A stretch of DNA of 64,000 nt from an uncultured delta proteobacterium. GTDB lineage: Bacteria; Myxococcota_A; Polyangia; Polyangiales; Houyiibacteriaceae. Shown here one piece after another: positions 59,030 to 64,000 of the stretch. Positions within the stretch are counted from its first letter, which is position 1. Every line of letters starts with the position of its first letter. Below the pieces are notes generated by a model. That model ran no database searches. It was not told where the DNA came from and saw only the letters and a list, made by a program, of their open reading frames with translations. Made by a program: the position numbers and the translations under genes. The stretch lies in the NCBI GenBank assembly GCA_963699755.1, contig CAVOVB010000001.1, positions 896,001 to 960,000 on the forward strand, written 5' to 3'.

Positions 59030-59384
59030 TAAGTGGGGCCAGCGCCATTACTGGCGCCGGCCCTCGTTGATCCGGACTCCCACCAAGGGGGGGAGCTCGC
59101 CTAAGGGCTAACTCGCCCGCACCTCCGGTGCGAGTCCGATTCTAGAATTGCTGTCCATATGCATATTCCTCCCCCGGCGATGCCGGCGCTCTTGGGTCTC
59201 TGAGCACCATGCCCAGACCACGCGGAGCGTTCCTTGGTGGTTAGACCCACGGATATCGAGGGCCGATTCACGGCAGCGAGTCTCCTTTCGGAGTTCGCAC
59301 CAGCGCGGGGCAATTCACCCAACCGCCGCCAGCGATGAGTCGCATCGCAAAAAGGAGAACCCTTCTTCGGGCAACGCCACTCAC
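59030..59384 (-). ncRNA. Candidate novel ~355-nt structured ncRNA
   Basis: 5'/3' closing stem, about 10 helices, two GNRA loops, crossing long-range helices and G-U pairs that form only on the minus strand; has its own promoter. Confidence 0.65.
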
Positions 59385-59390
59385 GCCATC

Positions 59391-59419
59391 AAGATAGTCC
59401 CTAGGCCCGATCGCGCCAA
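59391..59419 (-). promoter_or_regulatory. Sigma70-type promoter for the candidate ncRNA
   Basis: TTGGCG (59419-14), 17 bp, TATCTT (59396-91). The predicted start near 59384 coincides with the 5' arm of the closing stem. Confidence 0.6.
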
Positions 59420-59432
59420 GTCCAGAACTGAC

Positions 59433-60200
59433 TCAGAGAAGGAATTCGTCTTCCAGTTGCAAAATCTGAAGGTTACGCCCCGGGATCTGCGCAAGCTCTC
59501 GAAGCACCTTGGCCTCGAACGTGGGCTTGATGTGATAGAGCAAGATTGGAAGCGCATCGGTTTGGGTCAGCTTGTCGAGCTCGGACGAAAGCATCTCCGG
59601 AGTGAGATGCCGAGATGCCCAGGCGAGGTCGGTTTCGTCGTTTGGAAACGAGACTTCCATCATCAGCGCTTGAAGATCGTCGAGTGCGTTGATTCGTGTC
59701 CAAAGATCTTCGGTCGGTCCCGTGTCTCCACCGTAGACGATGCTCTTGCCGTTCTGACGAATGATGAACGCAGAGGTGTCGACGGTGTGGTTCACCAGGA
59801 CCGGCGTGACTTCGTAACCGTCGACAGCGGCGGCCTGGTTCGGCTGCACTTCGACGTAGCGTACCGTCGGTCCGCCCCTGGCATCGATCTGCGTGAAGTC
59901 CGGCCAGAGGATGTCATTGAAGAAGTGCCTTCGGAGCGCATGGATGGTTTCGGGGATTCCGACGATCTCGAGCGTCGAGCCACCTTGCTGGCATCGATTG
60001 TCCGCAAGCGTGGCGAGGTCACGAACGTGGTCCATGTGCGGGTGACTCACGAGGACCGAGCGAATGCGCGCCTGTTCGTCGAGCGAAAGAGAGCTCGTGA
60101 TGGCGCCGGCATCGATCGCCAGGCTGTCGCCTACCATGAAGCTGGAGGTTCGATGTTTGGGCGTTTCACCGCCATGACAGCCAAGCACTCGGAGCAGCAT
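59433..60200 (-). CDS. Class II 3',5'-cyclic nucleotide phosphodiesterase (metallo-beta-lactamase fold)
   Basis: VLGCHGG, IDAG, SHPHMDHV, FNDILWPDF, HTV, GDTGP, EVSFPN, HLTP and YHIKP motifs. Confidence 0.85.
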   Translation of the reverse strand: MLLRVLGCHGGETPKHRTSSFMVGDSLAIDAGAITSSLSLDEQARIRSVLVSHPHMDHVRDLATLADNRCQQGGSTLEIVGIPETIHALRRHFFNDILWPDFTQIDARGGPTVRYVEVQPNQAAAVDGYEVTPVLVNHTVDTSAFIIRQNGKSIVYGGDTGPTEDLWTRINALDDLQALMMEVSFPNDETDLAWASRHLTPEMLSSELDKLTQTDALPILLYHIKPTFEAKVLRELAQIPGRNLQILQLEDEFLL

Positions 60201-60826
60201 CAGGGTGCCCCTGAATTACGGATGAAATCGAGGAACTCGAGGAGCCGCTGGCCGTCTTTGATGAGGACGAATCCGCTCGACACCTCGACGACACCGACAC
60301 GAGTCAGTCGCCGAAGGGCTGCGCGCACTTCGCTCTCGTCGACGCCCAGGGCAAGCGCCAGATCCTTATCGGTCACATGAGGTGCAGCCGAGCTCGTGGC
60401 TCGTTCGAGGATTGCCTGAAGCTCGAGGATCACGCGCGCGGTCGTGTCGTCTTCGAGAAGAAGATCGATGAACCGATTCGCATTCTCGATGCGTTCAGCG
60501 AGCTGTCGAATCAATCGAATCGCAACCTCACCGTTCCCAGCGACCATCTCTTGAAGCTTGGTGGCCGGAATTTTCAAGAGCTCCGCCTCTTCGAGCACCT
60601 CGGCGGTTGCCGTGCGAGGACGACCGGTGACGACAGCCATCTCTCCGAAGAAATCCCCAGGGCCGAGCGTAGTGACGACGCGCTTTTTGCCGTGGGCCTC
60701 TTTGAGGACGCGGATCTTCCCGGCGCGAATGACGTACATCGAGCCACCCGGGTCGCCTTGACGGAAAACCGTCTTACCCCGGGGCACGCGAACACCAAAT
60801 CTGTCAGCCAAAGACTGAGCTGTCAT
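60200..60826 (-). CDS. Crp/Fnr-family cNMP-binding regulator
   Basis: VFRQGDPG, phosphate-binding cassette FFGEMA...PRTATA and C-terminal HTH. ATG 60826; stop overlaps the PDE start. Confidence 0.85.
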   Translation of the reverse strand: MTAQSLADRFGVRVPRGKTVFRQGDPGGSMYVIRAGKIRVLKEAHGKKRVVTTLGPGDFFGEMAVVTGRPRTATAEVLEEAELLKIPATKLQEMVAGNGEVAIRLIRQLAERIENANRFIDLLLEDDTTARVILELQAILERATSSAAPHVTDKDLALALGVDESEVRAALRRLTRVGVVEVSSGFVLIKDGQRLLEFLDFIRNSGAP

Positions 60827-60905
60827 ACCCCCACCGCATTCAATGTACTCCGCTGCGAAGTCGACCGCCAGATCGATAGGCCCTAATCTCGTGAAGGAGG
60901 GCTCG

Positions 60906-62366
60906 ATGACGCTCGACTGGCAGCAAGTCCAGGAATTCGCGCCGGAGTTGGGACTGGTGCTCGACTTCATCGTCGCGCTGGCAGCGTCCTCGCACGTCAT
61001 TCTCAACAAGAGCGACACCCGCTCGGCGACGGCATGGGTGGGACTGATTTGGCTGGTTCCGTTCGTCGGCTCGCTTCTCTACATCTTCCTCGGGATCAAC
61101 CGGATAGAGCGGCGCGCGAAGATCCTCAAGTCCGGCGTCACCGACTACAGCGTCCCGCTGGACGAGGCTCCACGTTCGCCGGCAGATTTGGATCGGGAGC
61201 TCGGAAGTAGCCGTGCGCGATTGATCGAGCTCGCCCGAGTGGTGGCCGGCGTCACGGGCCGACCCTTGCTGGTGGGCAACCACGTCGAACGCCTCGTCGA
61301 TGGCGATGAAGCATATCCAGCCATGATCGGTGCGGTTCGCGACGCGAAGGAATCGATCTCGCTCATGAGCTACATCTTCGAAGCCGAAGGCATCGGGGCC
61401 GTGCTGATCGATGCGCTCGCGGAGGCCATCGATCGCGGAGTCGAAGTCCGTGTCTTGGTGGACGACGTCGGCGTGCGTTACGCGCGCCCTCGAATCCATC
61501 GCGTCTTGAGGAAGCGAGGTATCCCGGTCGCGAACTTTCTGCCCGCATTGCTGCCTCGCTCCGTCACGCATTTCAACCTGCGGAACCACTGCAAGGTCCT
61601 GGTCGTGGACGGACGACTTGGGTTCACCGGTGGCATGAACATTCGTCAGGCCTCGGTCTTGGCCTCGAAGCCAGCCTATCCGACCAAGGACCTGCACTTC
61701 CGTGTCCTCGGTCCGGTCGTGGCGCAGCTCCAGGAGGCGTTTGCGCGCGATTGGGCATTCACGACGGGGGAGCGCTTGGCCGGGCGCCGCTGGTTTCCCG
61801 AGCTTCGACCGGCGGGAGAGACGCTAGCGCGTGCCATCGCCGACGGCCCAGATCGGGACCTCAACACGCTACATTGGGTGTTCCTCGCGGCGATTGGTGC
61901 AGCGCGGCGCTCGATCCGAATCATGACGCCGTACTTCTTGCCGGACCAGGTTCTGATCAAGGCGCTTCACCTCGCCGCCCAACGCGGAGTCGAGGTCGAC
62001 ATCATCGTGCCGGAGGTCGGAAACCTCCCGGTCGTGCGTTGGGCAATGTGGGGCCAGTACCGTCAGGTACTCGATGATGGAGTTCGACTCTGGCTCACGC
62101 CGCCGCCCTTCGATCATTCGAAGCTGTTCGTCGTCGATGGCTACTGGTCGTCGATCGGCTCGGCAAACTGGGACCCACGCAGCTTGCGCTTGAGCTTCGA
62201 GCTCAACTTGGAGTGCTACGACGAGGAGCTCGGGGCGAGTCTCGAAGATCACGTCCGAAACCGCCTGCTGGACGCACGGCTGCTGACGGTGGAAGAGCTC
62301 GACGGCCGTTCGCTTTTTCTGAGGCTTCGAGACGGGACCGCGCGGCTCTGGAAACCTTATCTCTGA
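60906..62366 (+). CDS. cls: Cardiolipin synthase (PLD family)
   Basis: PLDc_N TM region; HCKVLVVDG and HSKLFVVDG HKD motifs; AAGGAGG RBS. Confidence 0.92.
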   Translation: MTLDWQQVQEFAPELGLVLDFIVALAASSHVILNKSDTRSATAWVGLIWLVPFVGSLLYIFLGINRIERRAKILKSGVTDYSVPLDEAPRSPADLDRELGSSRARLIELARVVAGVTGRPLLVGNHVERLVDGDEAYPAMIGAVRDAKESISLMSYIFEAEGIGAVLIDALAEAIDRGVEVRVLVDDVGVRYARPRIHRVLRKRGIPVANFLPALLPRSVTHFNLRNHCKVLVVDGRLGFTGGMNIRQASVLASKPAYPTKDLHFRVLGPVVAQLQEAFARDWAFTTGERLAGRRWFPELRPAGETLARAIADGPDRDLNTLHWVFLAAIGAARRSIRIMTPYFLPDQVLIKALHLAAQRGVEVDIIVPEVGNLPVVRWAMWGQYRQVLDDGVRLWLTPPPFDHSKLFVVDGYWSSIGSANWDPRSLRLSFELNLECYDEELGASLEDHVRNRLLDARLLTVEELDGRSLFLRLRDGTARLWKPYL

Positions 62367-63025
62367 GTGCGAGTGAGCGCGCTCATGCAGCTGGCCGTTG
62401 CGGGGGCTGCGGCCCAGTCGATCGAAAGATGCGCGCGCAGGACGGCCAAGTCCTCCGGCTCGTCGATGTCGTACCAGGGAGGGAGTAGCGCGGGCTCTGT
62501 TGGAGCATTCGCTTTGACCGTGTCTTCGAGCGCAGTTTGCGTAGACCAGTGAACCCCTTCGAAGCTCGGGCAAAGGCCCCCGGAGGCCCCTACGGCATAG
62601 TAGCCACCGTCCTGCGCCGGGCCGAGCACGAACGGTCGTCGTTCCAGTGATTCAAAGGCCGCCCCGATGATCTCGATCGGCAAGGTGGGGATGTCACTGC
62701 CGATGACTACGACGCGCTCGAACCCTCGAAGGCCCTCTTCGAAGACCGCCCGGAGCCTCACACCCAGGTCACCCTCGGGTTGAAGCCGTGGCGAGGTCCC
62801 AAGGCGCTCCGCCCATTCGGAAACGATCGGGTCCCAGCCGTCCGACCAGAGGGCCACCTCGACGCGGCCCGCCGCGCGAACCCGCGCGCAGCGCGCGAGG
62901 GTGTCCTCGACGAACGCCTGGTAGAGCAGAGCCGCGCCCTCCGCTCCAAACCGTGCGGCAAGTCGGGTCTTCGCCCTTCCTGCCTTTGGAGGCCGCACGA
63001 AGACGGCGAGCTGCGCTAGATCCAT
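62357..63025 (-). CDS. TIGR04282/DUF2064 (CofC-like) glycosyltransferase-family protein
   Basis: GRAKTRL, QPEGDLG, IGSDIP, LGPAQDGGYY and WYDIDEPEDL motifs. Confidence 0.88.
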   Translation of the reverse strand: MDLAQLAVFVRPPKAGRAKTRLAARFGAEGAALLYQAFVEDTLARCARVRAAGRVEVALWSDGWDPIVSEWAERLGTSPRLQPEGDLGVRLRAVFEEGLRGFERVVVIGSDIPTLPIEIIGAAFESLERRPFVLGPAQDGGYYAVGASGGLCPSFEGVHWSTQTALEDTVKANAPTEPALLPPWYDIDEPEDLAVLRAHLSIDWAAAPATASCMSALTRTQR

Positions 63026-63702
63026 GCGTAGCGGCCTAGCAGCCAGAGGATCTTCACGCCCGCACCCAGAGAGCCACGGAGCGTGCCGCTGACCTTCGAG
63101 ACTCCGATTCGCTGGCGATACGAGACCGGCACTTCGCGATAGGGAACCGAACGCTGCGCGGCCTTGATCTGCATCTCGACCGTCCAACCGAAGTTGCGGT
63201 CTTGCATGTCCAAGGCCTGCAAGGTTTGCCAGCGTATCGCGCGAAACGGACCGAGGTCGCTGTAGCGCACGCCGTAGAGCAGCCGAAGCGCGCCACAAGC
63301 GATTGAATTCCCGACACGCTGCTGCGGGCTCAAGGCGCCGCGCTCCCGGACGCCCCGCGCACGTGAGCCGACCACCATGTCCGCATCACCGGCCAAGATT
63401 GGGGCGATCAGGGCGTTGAGCTCGTTCGGATGGTCGCTGTAATCGCCATCGAGAAAGACGACGATCTCGGGCGGGTCGTCGGCGAGGTGGGCGAGCGCCC
63501 TCAAGCAGGCCGCCCCGTAGCCGCGCTCGGGCTCGTGGACCAGCTCGGCCCCGTGCTCGAGGGCGCGCTCCGCGGTGCGATCGGTCGAGCCGTTGTCGGC
63601 AACGACCACCCGCCGAACCGCCGGGCGCGGGATGTCGCCGAGCACCAACGGGAGGGCGGCTTCCTCGTTGAGGGCGGGGATGATGACGTCGACGTTTAGC
63701 AT
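63016..63702 (-). CDS. GT2 family glycosyltransferase
   Basis: IIPALNEE, DNGSTD, GYGAAC, FLDGDYSD and GWTVEMQ motifs. Confidence 0.92.
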   Translation of the reverse strand: MLNVDVIIPALNEEAALPLVLGDIPRPAVRRVVVADNGSTDRTAERALEHGAELVHEPERGYGAACLRALAHLADDPPEIVVFLDGDYSDHPNELNALIAPILAGDADMVVGSRARGVRERGALSPQQRVGNSIACGALRLLYGVRYSDLGPFRAIRWQTLQALDMQDRNFGWTVEMQIKAAQRSVPYREVPVSYRQRIGVSKVSGTLRGSLGAGVKILWLLGRYAWI

Positions 63703-63815
63703 GGGGTGAACGTACGCCGGCCGGGCGGCGTCGTCATCGCGGACTGGGACCTCGCCCAGGGCCTTCGACTGCGCTTTGCCACGCCCCCCGGATATCGCCT
63801 AGCCGACGCGAGCTC

Positions 63816-64000
63816 CTAGAGCCGCTTCGAGTAGTACTCGATGACGAGGTCGATTTCGAGCGCGAAGGGCACCGACTCCACTTTGGGGGAGCCCTTGACG
63901 GTGGCGCTTGCTTTGCCCTCGTCGAACTCGATCCAGTCCGGACGGGCGATGCGGACATCTTCGAGAGACGCAGCGACCGTCGACAGCTCTTTGCTGCGAT
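63816..64000 (-). CDS. rpsD: 30S ribosomal protein S4, C-terminal fragment (5' end outside the window)
   Basis: Not in the ORF track. Manual translation RSKEL...RPDWIEFDEGKASATVKGSPKVESVPFALEIDLVIEYYSKRL* matches the S4 C-terminus. Confidence 0.82.
   Translation of the reverse strand, partial: RSKELSTVAASLEDVRIARPDWIEFDEGKASATVKGSPKVESVPFALEIDLVIEYYSKRL

Noticed and set aside
59101..59322. 73-aa minus-strand ORF across the structured region
   Set aside because: It has a non-ATG start, no evident RBS and no recognisable protein features.
59030..59384. Retron msr/msd or transposon-associated guide RNA
   Set aside because: No reverse transcriptase, TnpB/IscB or recombinase gene lies nearby in the window.
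59030..59400. Identifying the structured element as RNase P RNA, tmRNA, SRP RNA or a group I intron
   Set aside because: It has no GAGGAAAGUCC (only GAGGAAUAUG), no tRNA-like T-arm or CCA end, and no SRP GGAAGG/AGCAG loop. The fragments resembling group I R and S elements (UCAGAGAC, AAGATAGTCC) are on opposite strands.
732..62573. Many long antisense or alternate-frame ORFs in the track (e.g. 732-2228, 2305-3735, 27372-28910, 30426-31802, 51243-52433, 59148-60380)
   Set aside because: They overlap genes with clear family motifs and have no motifs of their own. Such shadow ORFs are expected in high-GC DNA.

Overview
This is a high-GC bacterial chromosome segment, most likely Myxococcota. That call rests on a TIGR02266-type PilZ protein, two Ser/Thr kinases, PEGA domains and a TonB-C/receptor fusion. 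No rRNA, tRNA, CRISPR array or transposase was seen. Positions 1-28.6 kb hold mostly housekeeping and envelope genes (rpe, MoxR-DUF58-transglutaminase, DinG, folK, xseA, aroE, lgt), plus a divergent sigma54 activator / PspA-like locus with two clear -24/-12 promoters. Positions 28.7-51.1 kb hold two TonB-dependent receptor/lipoprotein pairs and a large phosphate cluster: pstSCAB-phoU, an OprO/P-type porin, phoBR and DUF47-pit, with readable Pho boxes. A second PhoB paralogue, whose phospho-acceptor Asp is replaced by Glu, heads a tonB-exbB-exbD-exbD-receptor-lipoprotein operon. Positions 52.3-59 kb encode three lipoprotein copper monooxygenases of the PHM/DBH type, two fused to a CX4CH cytochrome c domain. 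At about 59.03-59.38 kb is an unannotated ~355-nt, highly structured, pseudoknotted minus-strand element with its own sigma70-type promoter, just downstream of a Crp-like/class II phosphodiesterase pair. It is the best candidate for a new ncRNA. The window ends with cls, two glycosyltransferases and the 3' end of a stand-alone rpsD. All calls come from reading motifs by eye; no database search was run.
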